From contig NC_043003.1 of the NCBI RefSeq assembly GCF_006345805.1, positions 105,772,001 through 105,836,000 of the forward strand: a DNA stretch of 64,000 nucleotides, written 5' to 3'. The stretch is from Octopus sinensis (lineage: Eukaryota). A program made the translations under genes and the position numbers. Each line of letters opens with the position of its first letter. Position 1 is the stretch's first letter. Of this stretch, positions 24,105 to 34,713 are shown piece by piece. A model generated the notes under the pieces. That model saw only the letters and a list, made by a program, of their open reading frames with translations. It was not told where the DNA came from and ran no database searches.

Positions 24105-24306
24105 CCCTTTCATTACCATATTTATTTTGAGATGCTCTGTGTTCCTTTCAATTATAACAAAGAATTTAGTAACATAACTTAGTCATCATTAAGCTAGCGT
24201 TGGGAACATAAATTGGGACTAAGTTTTGGTGGAAGATTTTAATTCAAAACTTATGAAAACAAAACATTTGTACTACAGATCCACAGCTGGGTTGGTAACG
24301 AAAGGG
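24105..24306. mobile_element. piggyBac-like MITE
   Basis: TTAA at 24101-24104 and 24307-24310; CCCTTT...AAAGGG termini. Confidence 0.8.
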
Positions 24307-24753
24307 TTAAGGCATAAGCGGATATTTGTAGTAGATATAACGACAACATGTAATGCATTATATCATAACATCTTATGAAGTATAGTGGATGGGAACTTCC
24401 AGACATCATCATTAGCATCATTGGAGTATACAGGGTACTTTTTATATAGCACCAGTACCTACAGGGTCACCAAGTACTTTGCAAATCAAAAAATTCCTCG
24501 ACTGGAAGGTGGGAGATTGCAAATGACTAATGTACAAATGTATTCTGGGAGTTAAGGGTTGAGGACAAGACATTAAAAATTCAGCGCATAAATATTTATG
24601 ACATGTATGGAAGAAATATATTGCTAAATTTGGAGTATTTGCATGAAAGAAACAGTTGAGACAGAAATATTTGCAGTTGAGTAGGGAGAAGTAGTAAGTC
24701 AAATAAGCTGTGTCAGGGTGATAGGTGGGAAGCGGTAGTTGTTACTCTTATTT

Positions 24754-24976
24754 CATCATCATCATCATTGTTTAACGTCCGTTTTCCATGCTAGCATGGG
24801 TTGGACGATTTGACCCCAATCTGGTCTGGCAGAGTTTCTACAGCTGGATGCCCTTCCTAATGCCAACCACTCCAAGAGTGTAGTGGGTGCTTTTACGTGC
24901 CACTGGCACGAGGGCCAGTCAGGTGGTACTGGCAACGGCCACGCTCAAATGGTGTTTTTTATGTGCCACTTGCACA
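24754..24976 (-). mobile_element. RTE 3'-UTR fragment
   Basis: catcat tail and conserved block. Confidence 0.7.
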
Positions 24977-25585
24977 TTAAAAGTTTGTTATTGTTTCTAA
25001 ATTCTAACCAGCTTGGATAAGTTTATCTGTTTAGTTTTACAAAAGGGTTCATGAAAGAACAAAGATATCATAAGATTGAGAGGACCCTTAGGTTTTGTCT
25101 TCACAAACTCAATTCAGTCTTTAGAGACATCAGAAAATGGCAATGAGCTCTTTAACTTTACATGATGCAAAAGTATTTTAAGTTTATAAAATGTTTCTTT
25201 TATTTCTGTATCGTTTTACCTTCATTTTATTTCATTTCTGCTTGAATATATCCCTAATTTATTTCAATGAAATGAAGTATTACCTTTCGTTTTTGGATTT
25301 GGTTTGCAAGATTCTTTATACCAGTTCATGTGTTGTTTTAGGAAAATGAAAATAAGAAATCAGAAATACTAAATTTCTAAATCTCTCGTAGAGACATGTA
25401 CAGTGGTGGGGTGATAGAATGGTTGTATACTGTCAATCTAACACGAACGTGACAGTAGGGGGGTACACCACCGCTGTTTAGCCCCAGGAAGCATCGACGC
25501 CTCCTGATGGCTTTGACACATTTTTCCTGTGTCCTTATATACATTTACAAAGGGGAGACAAATACCCCCAACCGCCCGGGCTGCA

Positions 25586-25630
25586 TCTAGGGACACATGT
25601 TTCAGGATGATTGTCCTTCGTCGGCCTAGA
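25586..25630 (-). ncRNA. Minimal type I hammerhead ribozyme motif (family 1)
   Basis: TCTAGG-CCGACGA-AGGA caatca TCCT-GAAA-CATGTG-TC-CCTAGA. Perfect 6-bp helix I, GUC triplet, U4C core variant. The host repeat (~25450-25680) shares ttagccccagg with the 8-kb and 32-kb copies. Confidence 0.65.
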
Positions 25631-26103
25631 GTAGCAGACACCGGTCAGCTGACGATATCTGTCTCGACTCGTAATGCATATATCTAAATTTCAGTGAAGT
25701 CTATTCACTGATTATCAAAATAAGAAAAAAAGTGGAAATTTTACCGGTGAGTGTGTTACATCATAAGGCACAAAAAGAAAATGACTCTCCCCAGATACAA
25801 CAGAAGTATTAACTATTCCAAGCATAAAACAACAGCTCATGCCCCAATGTCATGATAAAATGCATTAGATATACTTTGTAAAGTAGTTGTTTTAGGAAAG
25901 GCATCTTTCCATAAGAATAATGCCAATATATATGTTGTATGTGCAATACATGGCCCCTTAACTCCACCTAGTGCAACTGCAACTCTGAATAACAACTAAC
26001 TCTGACCGTAAGGACCTGCCCTGTTCATGAAGAGTGGATGTAAAATGATAATGGTGATGATAAAAAAGAATGGCTTTGACGGAGACTGCTTAAAAGGCCT
26101 TAC

Positions 26104-26271
26104 CCTAGAAGGACCATATGTTAAATGGTCATGAAGTAGAAAGGGTCGTTTTTTGAAGATATCATCAAATGCGTAACTATATCTTATTCCATCCGGGTTG
26201 CTGAACTCTTCTTGAGTCTCACTCATTTCATATTTCATTGTTAAAGGTCTTCTCCATCCTCCAGCACCAAG
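26104..26271 (-). CDS. Uncharacterized 274-aa protein, exon 3
   Basis: Acceptor atttctttaaAG, phase 0: LGAGGWRRPLTMKYEMSETQEEFSNPDGIRYSYAFDDIFKKRPFLLHDHLTYGPSR; donor GTAAGG, phase 0. Confidence 0.8.
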
Positions 26272-26407
26272 CTTTAAAGAAATATTCGAATATATATGAC
26301 ATTTAATTGAACACAACAAACAGTATTAGATGCACTTTTTTTCAAAAAAATGTCTCCAAAGACCCACCTTATCTTAAATGCAAAGTTGGACCTCCCATAA
26401 GCTTTAA

Positions 26408-26628
26408 CCCTTTTGTTACTGTATTTATTTTGAGATTCTCTGTGTTTTTGCAATTAATTTTAAATATAACAAAGAATTAGGTAAAACAAATTAGTTATCA
26501 TTCAGCGAGTGTTAGGAACATAAATTGTGACTAAGGTTTGGTGGAAGATTTTAATTCAAAACTTATGAAAACAAGACATTTGTACTACAGAGCCAGAGTC
26601 GGTTTCAGTCAGGTGGGTATCAAAAGGG
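26408..26628. mobile_element. piggyBac-like MITE
   Basis: TTAA at 26404-26407 and 26629-26632; CCCTTTTGTTAC terminus. Confidence 0.8.
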
Positions 26629-26752
26629 TTAATGCACTAAAAACATTGTTTCTTGAATATGTGCTGCTGGAATTCGGGGCCAGTAGGTGCCTAATATTCT
26701 TGTGCATCTTTTAACATTGAAGAGTTACATCATCACTTTTCGAAATGCAATT

Positions 26753-27820
26753 CATGGTGTCTGACTATATTGTGAGTTTTCTCTTGTAAATCAATTTTTG
26801 TGAATCCGTGGATAGATTAAGAATTCATGTTGTTTATGAATATGAATTCTGTTGTGGAACCAATGCATCCCAGACAGCTAGAAACATCGTGGCAAATGAG
26901 CACACTGTACCTCGATGGTTTGAGAAGTTCTGGTCTGGTGACTTTACTCTTGAAAATCAGCCCCGTGGTAGACCTGAGACCAAGGTGGATAATGGTGAGC
27001 TGGAAACTGTAGTGGAAGTGGATACATCTCAAACAATGGATGAGTTAGCAACAAAGTTTGATGTTTCGATTCCAATTGTATTGGACCATCTGAAACAAAT
27101 CAGCAAGGTAAAGAAGCTGGACAAGTGGGTGCCACATGAATTGAATGAGCCTCAAATGACATGTTGTCTTGAAACTTAATTTTCTTTGCCGTCACAGCAT
27201 AAAAGTGAACCATTTTTGCATTGTAATGTTATATGTGATGAAAAATAGATTCTCTTCAACAGTAGCAAGCATTCTGCATGGTAGTTGGATAGAGACGAAG
27301 TGCCAAAACACAATCCAAAAAAGAATATTCTAATGGTATCTCTTTGGTGGTCCAGCACTGATGTCATCCACAACAGCTTCATGAGACCTGGTAAGTCAAT
27401 TACAGCAGATGTACACATCAACCAAATGGATGAAATGATGAGTGAACTTGCAATTAAACAACCGAGATTAATAGAGACAGACATTGCTCGACCACATGTT
27501 GCACAAAGAACTCCACTCAAGTTACAGGAACTGAACTTGGAAGTACTCTGTCATTCCCCATATTCACCAAACCTTGCACCAACTGACTATCATGTTTTCC
27601 TGGCATTAGACAACTTTTTGCAAGGAAAAAACTTCAAATCTGAAGAAGATGCAAAAACAGCCTTTCATGATTCCATCACCTCTTGCTCTCCAGACATGGT
27701 GTCTGATTATATTGTGAGTTTTCTCTTGTAAATCAATTTTTGTGAATCCGTGAATAGATTAAGAATTCATGTTGTTTATGAATATGAATTCTGTTGTGGA
27801 ACCAATGCATCCCAGACAGC
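26753..27820 (+). mobile_element. Decayed mariner (DD34D) transposon
   Basis: HTH region RWFEKFWSGDFTLENQPRGRP, WVPHEL, CDEK (first D) and YSPNLAPTDYHVF motifs; stops and a deletion near the second D. 126-bp direct repeat at 26753-26878 and 27695-27820. Confidence 0.9.
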
Positions 27821-28025
27821 ATAAATAAGCTACCGAAAATGGCAAAATTTTGTTGATAATTTTGGTGCATACTTTGGTTGACTGCATTGCTTTTTGTTGA
27901 GATAAAGTAAAATAAACTTTCAGTTCAAAATTGGACATTTCTTTCTTAATGACCTGATATAACAGTATATTTTGTTGAATTTTCAAGAAAATGCTTAAAT
28001 ACCAACATTTTTTTGTATACAAGAT

Positions 28026-28429
28026 AAGGAGTGGCTGTGTGGTAAGTAGCTTGTTTACCAACCACATGGTTCCGGGTTCAGTCTCACTACGTGGAACCTT
28101 GGACAAGTGTCTTCTACTATAGCCTTGGGTCGACCAAAGCCTTGTGAGTGGATTTAGTAGACGGAAACTGAAAGAAGCCCGTCGTATATATATATATATA
28201 TATATGCGTGTGTGTGTTTGTGTGTCTGTGTTTGTCCCCCTAGCATTGCTTGACAACCGATGCTGGTGTGTTTATGTCCCTGTTACTTAGCGGTTCGGCA
28301 AAAGAGACCGATAGAATAAGTACTGGGCTTACAAAAGAATAAGTCCCAGGGTCGAGTTGCTCGATTAAAGGCAGTGCTCCAGCATGGCCGCAGTCAAATG
28401 ACTGAAACTAATAAAAGAGTAAAAGAGTA
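28026..28429 (+). mobile_element. Family B SINE, full length
   Basis: Head, CORE-like block, (TA)n(TG)n centre and AAAAGAGT tail. Confidence 0.85.
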
Positions 28430-28519
28430 ATTCCATATTTAGAAATAAGCATATCATTGTTTTTTCTCATTGTTTTTATTTTTTTTGTAATGTTCGCTTT
28501 TCTCTGCTTACATGGGCCA

Positions 28520-28880
28520 CATGGACTTTATTGGGGCAGATTTTCTCTGGCCGGGATGCCTTTCCTGTCACCATCCCTCACCTGTTTCCAAACAAGGTAA
28601 TATATCTCTTCGTGGTCAGACATGTTTTAGCCGTATTCTGGAAATGAATGGCATTCATTTACAACAATCCCATGGTGTCAAGACAAGGAGACACAAACAT
28701 GTGGACCCCATCCCATGTATGTATTAGTGACAGGCTTCTCTTTCAGTCTCTGTTGACTAAATGTGTGGACAGAGACTGTCCACACATGAGGCTTTGGCTG
28801 GTTTGCGGCTACAGTAGAAAACACTTGCCCAAGGTGTCATGCAGTGGAACTGAACTTGAAATCATGTAATTGGGAAGCCG
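28520..28880 (-). mobile_element. Chimeric SINE (family-B-like head, RTE-like tail), decayed
   Basis: cacttgcccaaggtgtcatgcagtggaactgaac head joined to a gggatgcctttcctgtcacc block. Confidence 0.5.
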
Positions 28881-29069
28881 GCCTGTTTACATAAGCACAT
28901 CTGTTTCCAAAATATGTCCATTGAATGGATGATCATATGCCAAATATCTTCTGAGATTGTATTTTACATTCTTATGCAGTGTGTGTGTGTGGGAGGGGGG
29001 GGGTCAATAAAGAAAACAAATATCTGTAATAGATGCTAATGTCAATTCCGTTAACCCTACTCACTCTTA

Positions 29070-29267
29070 AGGCGGTGAACTGGCAGAAACGTTAGCACAC
29101 TGGGCAAAATGCTTTGTGGTATTTCGTCTGCCACTGCGGTCTGAGTTCAAATTCCGCCGAGGTCGACTTTGCCTTTCATCCATTCGGGGTCGATAAATTA
29201 AGTACCAGTTACGCACTGGGGTCGATGCAATCGACTTAATCCGTTTGTCTGTCCGTTTGTCTGTCCT
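29070..29267 (+). mobile_element. Family A SINE
   Basis: ggcggtgaactggcagaaac head and core. Confidence 0.8.
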
Positions 29268-29413
29268 AGAAAAAAACTCTACTCACTCACTTTTACTTAA
29301 TAACCTTTTACTTAAAGAATCAATCATTCAATTTTAAATACATTTGTTATTTGATAAAAAAAAAAAAGAATAAACGGAGATGAAATGTTGACAGGAATAA
29401 AATCAATACAAAC

Positions 29414-29602
29414 CTTTTCTGAGAGGTCTTTTATGAATTTAGTGTTGTTTAAAGATGGTGCTCTCAGATAGGCTGGATGAAGATAATCTTGGGAGATAAA
29501 TTTTTCATTATGAACAATTCCTGTTGTTGTAGGATGTGTGTTGCTTCTGATTATCATGTCTGGCAACATTAAGCCCGGAGGAAGAGGATTAGTTATGCTT
29601 GC
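29414..29602 (-). CDS. Uncharacterized 274-aa protein, exon 2
   Basis: Acceptor atatctctcttaAG, phase 0: ASITNPLPPGLMLPDMIIRSNTHPTTTGIVHNEKFISQDYLHPAYLRAPSLNNTKFIKDLSEK; donor GTTTGT. Confidence 0.8.
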
Positions 29603-29928
29603 CTTAAGAGAGATATACAATAGATTATTAATTTATGCATGGTTCTTGACATAATTAAAATCAACAAATAGTTTTTTAAAATTTATTTTTAATATGAAGT
29701 CATGACAACATGTACATACAAAAATGGCAAAGAGGATAAAATAATCGACAAACCACATCCCATTTTGTCAATAAATATAGCAAATATGTGATGCAACTCT
29801 ATATGGCTTCACATTGCTGTTAAAAAGAGTTTGTTTGTGTTGCAGAAATATACAATCCTAACAGATAAATGTAATTTTTTTCTTTGTGTTATGAAATACT
29901 GAGCTAAGATCTAAGTTTATCTAGATCA

Positions 29929-30290
29929 TCTCTCTCTATATAAACGGCAGTTTGTCTGTGTGTCTGTTAGGTTGTACCCTCACCCTGACCACGGCTTTCA
30001 ACCGATTCTGATGAAACTTGACACACACATAGCCCAATGTCATAATTCAAAACTAACGCAGCGAAAATTTTGGAAAGTTCCACCAGTTCTGAAAAAAATC
30101 GATAAATTCGACATGGGGTCGAGAATCAGAAACACAAACCACAGACTGTCTAGGGGGCGCAACTCGACCCTTTTAACTCTCAAAAAAAATTTACCATAAT
30201 TTTTTTTTCCATTTTTTGGCTATAACTCTCTAAAAATGCTTTATAGTTATTTCCCTTACAAACCCGAGCAACGCCGGGCGATACTGCTAG
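29929..30290 (+). mobile_element. Non-autonomous Helitron
   Basis: 5' TC (A|TCTCTCTCTATATAAA), 3' hairpin CCCGAGCAACGCCGGG and CTAG|T. Inserted between A and T with no TSD. Confidence 0.85.
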
Positions 30291-30309
30291 TCATCTTATA
30301 CAGTGACAT

Positions 30310-30900
30310 CATATACAGTAACATGCATGCATGCATACAGGTGTTAACACTGAAGCTATCACCTACATCATAAGCAGTTATCTGAAAATGTCATCATGGT
30401 ATTATCTACTGATGAGACATGATGTTGTAGCTAGAACACAGTATAATGAGATCTATCGAAAGGATAACCCCAAAAACAAAGAAATAAGAACCCACAGTAT
30501 GGTAGAAGCCGTAGCCATTCATAATCAAAAGGAATACTGGTGGAATGTCCCAGTGAAGACCTCAATAAAATGTAAGCACAACATACCTGATATAATGATT
30601 TGAGATAAAGAAGAGAAACTGTGCACAGTTGTGGAAATCAGCTTCCAAGTGGATGTTAACATAAAGCTGAAGATCAGTGAAAAAGAGAAAACCTATGCTG
30701 AACTATTGAGAAATTTGCAGCTACTCTATCAAGATTACAAGTTCAGGTTTATACCTGTAATTATTGGGGCCCTGGGATGTATAATACACTGCTTAAATAC
30801 CAATCTTGAGAAATTAGGCTTCTCAAAACTAGAGAGGAGAAAGCTAATTCGAAGACTTACAGATCCAATCCATCACAAAAACAGTAAAACTCTGTAAAAA
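30310..30900 (+). mobile_element. R4/Dong-type RLE retrotransposon 3' fragment
   Basis: Decayed zinc knuckle (EAITYIISSY..RHDVVA), PDIMI*DKEEK..VVEIS, EKEKTYAELL and FIPVIIGALG. Confidence 0.75.
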
Positions 30901-31074
30901 AACTTTCCAGAAGTTGAACCTGAACTTTGGTTACATGTTCTGTTTCACAGTACATATATACATTCTATACATACATACATATTGATGTGAGGGGGAGGCT
31001 GAAAAGTTCCTGGCTTTGGGTAAAAGAAAATACAGAAGTTCATTATGATTTTATTCAACAGATTCCCTTCACTA

Positions 31075-31835
31075 TGAAGGTGCATGGCACAGTGGTTAAA
31101 TCATTAGGCTCACAATCATGAGACAGTGAGTTCGATTCCTGGATGGAGCTGTGTGTTGTATCCTAGAGCAAGACACTTTATTTCACGTTGCTTCAGTTTA
31201 CTCAGCTGTATGAATGAGTTGTGATGTTACTGGTACCAAGCCGTATTGGGTCCTTTGCCTTTCCCTTGAATAACATTGGTGGCATGGAGAGGGGAAGCTG
31301 GTAGTCATGGGCAACTCTTTACTCTTTTACCCTTTTACTTGTTTCAGTCATTTGACTGCGGCCATGCTGGAGCACCGCCTTTAGTCGAGCAAATCGACCC
31401 CGGGACTTATTCTTTGTAAGCCCAGTACTTATTCTATCGGTCTCTTTTGTCAAACCACTAAGTGACGGGGACGTAAACACACCAGCATCGGTTGTCAAGC
31501 AATGCTAGGGGGACAAACACAGACACACAAACACACACACATACACACATATATATATATACACATATATACGACAGGCTTCTTTCAGTTTCCGTCTACC
31601 AAATCCACTCACAAGGCATTGGTCGGCCCGGGGCTATAGCAGAAGACACTTGCCCAAGATGCCACGCAGTGGGACTGAACCTTGAACCATGTGGTTGGTT
31701 AGCAAGCTACTTACCACACAGCCACTCCTGCTGGTCTTCCATAAACAACATTGCCCAGACTTGTGCCTCAGAGGGGAACTTTTCTAGGAGTAACCCCATG
31801 GCCATTCATGACTGAAGGGTTTTTCTTACTCTTTA
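31075..31835 (+). mobile_element. Family E SINE split by a family B SINE
   Basis: 31075-31314 plus 31731-31835 reconstitute the 525-856 element. Confidence 0.75.
31315..31730 (-). mobile_element. Family B SINE, full length
   Basis: Reverse complement of the 28026-28429 type. Confidence 0.85.
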
Positions 31836-32395
31836 CCCTATTCCCTCCTCAGATTCACACACTTATTGCAGTGGCCCTTCAGTTTTCCAAAGCCCTGTAA
31901 GAGAACTCGAAAGGCTGCACCTCCAGCCTGACCTTTTGGGATACCCTTAAAGCCAGAACACCTTCAGCATCCCCTTGTGTGTATGTGTGTGTATGGGTGT
32001 GTATGTTAGTATCAATCTAAAAGAATGAGTGTTCAACAATGGCATTGGTGGATAAATAATGGTGATGATGACTACAATGATGATGATGATAGTGTTGGTG
32101 GAGATGATGATGGCGGTGACAAAGAGGATGTTGACGTAGAAGATGTTAATGAGAATGATGGTGATGATAGAATTAATGATGGTAATGGATGCACTGTGTA
32201 GAGAAGGGGGTAAAGTGAAGAACAGATTTTTGTGTGTATATACAAGTGTGTATATACAAGTGTGTATATATGTATGTGTGTATGTACAGAGTATTGGTTT
32301 CCACATGAACTTTTGTATGTTTAAATGTTTGTTTGTATGAAAGTATGCATTTAATTAGAGAATGTTTCTATGTCAGTATGTATTATCTGCTTGCA

Positions 32396-32438
<43 letters not shown>

Positions 32439-32610
32439 CATAAGAGGGATCAGCCATCTGAATGTGGCTAGGGTCAGGGCGGGTTGGTGGGGGTGTTACT
32501 GATGCATTTAGCCCCAGGCAAACATCAACGTCACCAGAAGAGCTGACACCATCTCGGTGTCCTTGCCAGTCTGCAAAGGGAGATCAGCCTCCCCGAAGAT
32601 ACGGATACGA

Positions 32611-32653
32611 CATACGGACCGGTTTCGAGGTTATTGCCTCTTGTCAACGTATG
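32611..32653 (-). ncRNA. Minimal type I hammerhead ribozyme motif (family 1)
   Basis: CATACG-TTGACAA-GAGG caataa CCTC-GAAA-CCGG-TC-CGTATG. Perfect 6-bp helix I, palindromic helix III ACCGGT, GUC triplet, U3-A8 core pair. The host repeat spans ~32450-32680. Confidence 0.7.
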
Positions 32654-33651
32654 GTAAGCACCGCTCTTCGTTGAGGGACTTCCTCTACAGGCTGGATATA
32701 TAGATTTTCACAGTAACCACAGTCACTGGCGTAGAAAATCCGTTCGAATTTCTACGCAGTGGGACTGAACCTGGAACCATGTGGTTGGTAAACAAGCTAC
32801 TTACCACATAGCCACTCCTGCGCCTCGTAACTTTGTATATGTCCAGGCCATAAAACATCATACCAGATGCTTACTTGAGATCATGTCTTCAAGTCCAGTA
32901 TGACAGTTATGTTGTCACCTGCACCAGATGCTTTGGTCAGCCAGCAACCACCAACTTTGAAACGAGAGAGGAAGGTTATTTATTTCTTCCATGTCACATG
33001 TGAATGAAATGCAAACATGCTACTAAGCAGACTCAAGAGGGCAATTGGTAACATGTAACCCAGTGCAGTCTGTTGCACAGTTGGGTCATCAGTGACTAAA
33101 TTGGTAACATTAATGAAGAAATTGATTTTCGGACATCCTGTAGGATGGGAAAAAAAGACCTGTCAAAGGGTTGATGAACTGAAAGGAATCAATGGTCATC
33201 CAAATATGTTTACATATTCACATTAAACATGTGTGTATATGTGGTTAGCAACCTGTTCGCATTCAATCGTCCCTCCCTTTTTTCTCTCTCTCTCTTTCTC
33301 TCACACGTAATGAATTGGTGAGTGGCTGTGTTTGTGTATGTGAGAATGAGTGTGTATGCGTATACACAGTCAAAGTGTTGCCAAAATCAAGTTGAGACAG
33401 TTTTGCATTGAAAGGCGTGTCGAAAGAAGCAGTGGTTCCAGGTACAACAGTGAAAGAGCTCAAAATATATTTTGGCCTAGCAGGGGGCGGAAAAAAAAAA
33501 GTATTTTTGCTCTCGGGCATTGAGAAATCTTGCTACACCACTATTTGTCTTTTATATCCCTGGAGTCACTAACACAATATAAGTAGTAATATGAATGTAT
33601 CTGGTACCGCATTAAAATAAACCGAAATCTTACGTGTCTAGGTATACTCAC

Positions 33652-33768
33652 TTGGAAGTTAGTATCTGGAAAATATATGCCTGGATGGTATCGTGTTGCA
33701 ATTCCTGTAGATGTAAGATGTAAGTCATTTCTGCGTGAGGCTTGTACTGGTTGAAACATCGTAGCCAT
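33652..33768 (-). CDS. Uncharacterized 274-aa protein, exon 1 (start)
   Basis: catcATGG start: MATMFQPVQASRRNDLHLTSTGIATRYHPGIYFPDTNFQ; donor GTGAGT, phase 0. Confidence 0.78.
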
Positions 33769-34713
33769 GATGTGAAGAGAAGCTTTCTTTATTGCCGAAA
33801 TACAAAACAATGAATTGGGAAGTGCTGAAATAAAGCAACTAAACTGAGTGAAGTTGACAGTCTGTTTATATAAGGGAGATTACTCTTATTGCATAGTTAC
33901 CACTTATGACCCGGCCGTTCGATTTTTTAGGGCAGTTTCTCATACAAACAAATAAATAGATAAATAAGAGATGGATTTGACAAAAATCATATGTTTTGAT
34001 CTTTTTTTTACAGTATTGAATTTATAAATGAGCCAGCGGCTTCAGCCGTGTATTCAACATACCTGAAGAATAACATTTGAAGTAATATTAGTTGAACCAA
34101 CACTACCTAAATTTGAACTCTCATATTATTACGTAATTATGACAGTCGCTTTAATATCACAAGACATGACCTGTCTACCACTTTGACACTTTAACGGCGA
34201 CAATAATCATACCTTATTTTAATAATACTTTTTATCTATACAATGATAAATAAAAGACTAGAGGCATTTTTTAAAGTATGAATTAAGCTGCATGAAAAAG
34301 ATAGCCAAGAAACAAACCGAAGCAAAGGCCATTTTCTTCTGTCATAGTCCAACATTTATCATGGCACCAGCAGAGAAGCTGAAAGAACTTTTTATCTACT
34401 ATATGCACAAGGTTTGAAATTTGTGGGCAGTCGATTACACTAATCCCATAGCTCATCGGGTATTTGCTTTATCGACCACGAAAGGATAAAAGGCAAAGTC
34501 GACCTGAGCAGAGTATATATTCTATATACCAGAGATTCTCAAACTTTTGGGACCACCGCCCCCGTCATGGCCATATAATACCTTCAGCGCCCCACCCCTA
34601 TTTTGATCTAGTATACCTTACATTGTCGTGCTGTTACTGTTTACATCTCGTTCAGAGATTTATTATTACTGTAATAATATTATCATAAATTCATAGCGTC
34701 CCCCAATCCACTG

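Larger units (their letters stand above)
30988..31977 (-). mobile_element. Mariner-derived MITE hosting nested SINEs
   Basis: TIR-like GAGGGGGAGGCTGAAAAGTTCC / AAGGGGATGCTGAAGGTGTTC; remnant of a transposase C-terminus (LEKLK.HCNKCVNL). ATTCCCT is duplicated at 31062 and 31840 around the insertion. Confidence 0.65.

Noticed and set aside
24363-24458. Possible alternative terminal exon (VLVLYKKYPVYSNDANDDVWKFPSTILHKML*) of the minus-strand gene
   Set aside because: Weak polypyrimidine tract, and exons 3 and 4 already join in frame. RNA data would be needed.
33880-33905. RFX X-box upstream of the 274-aa gene (ATTGCATAGTTACC)
   Set aside because: Three mismatches to the GTTRCY-N-RGYAAC consensus; not significant.
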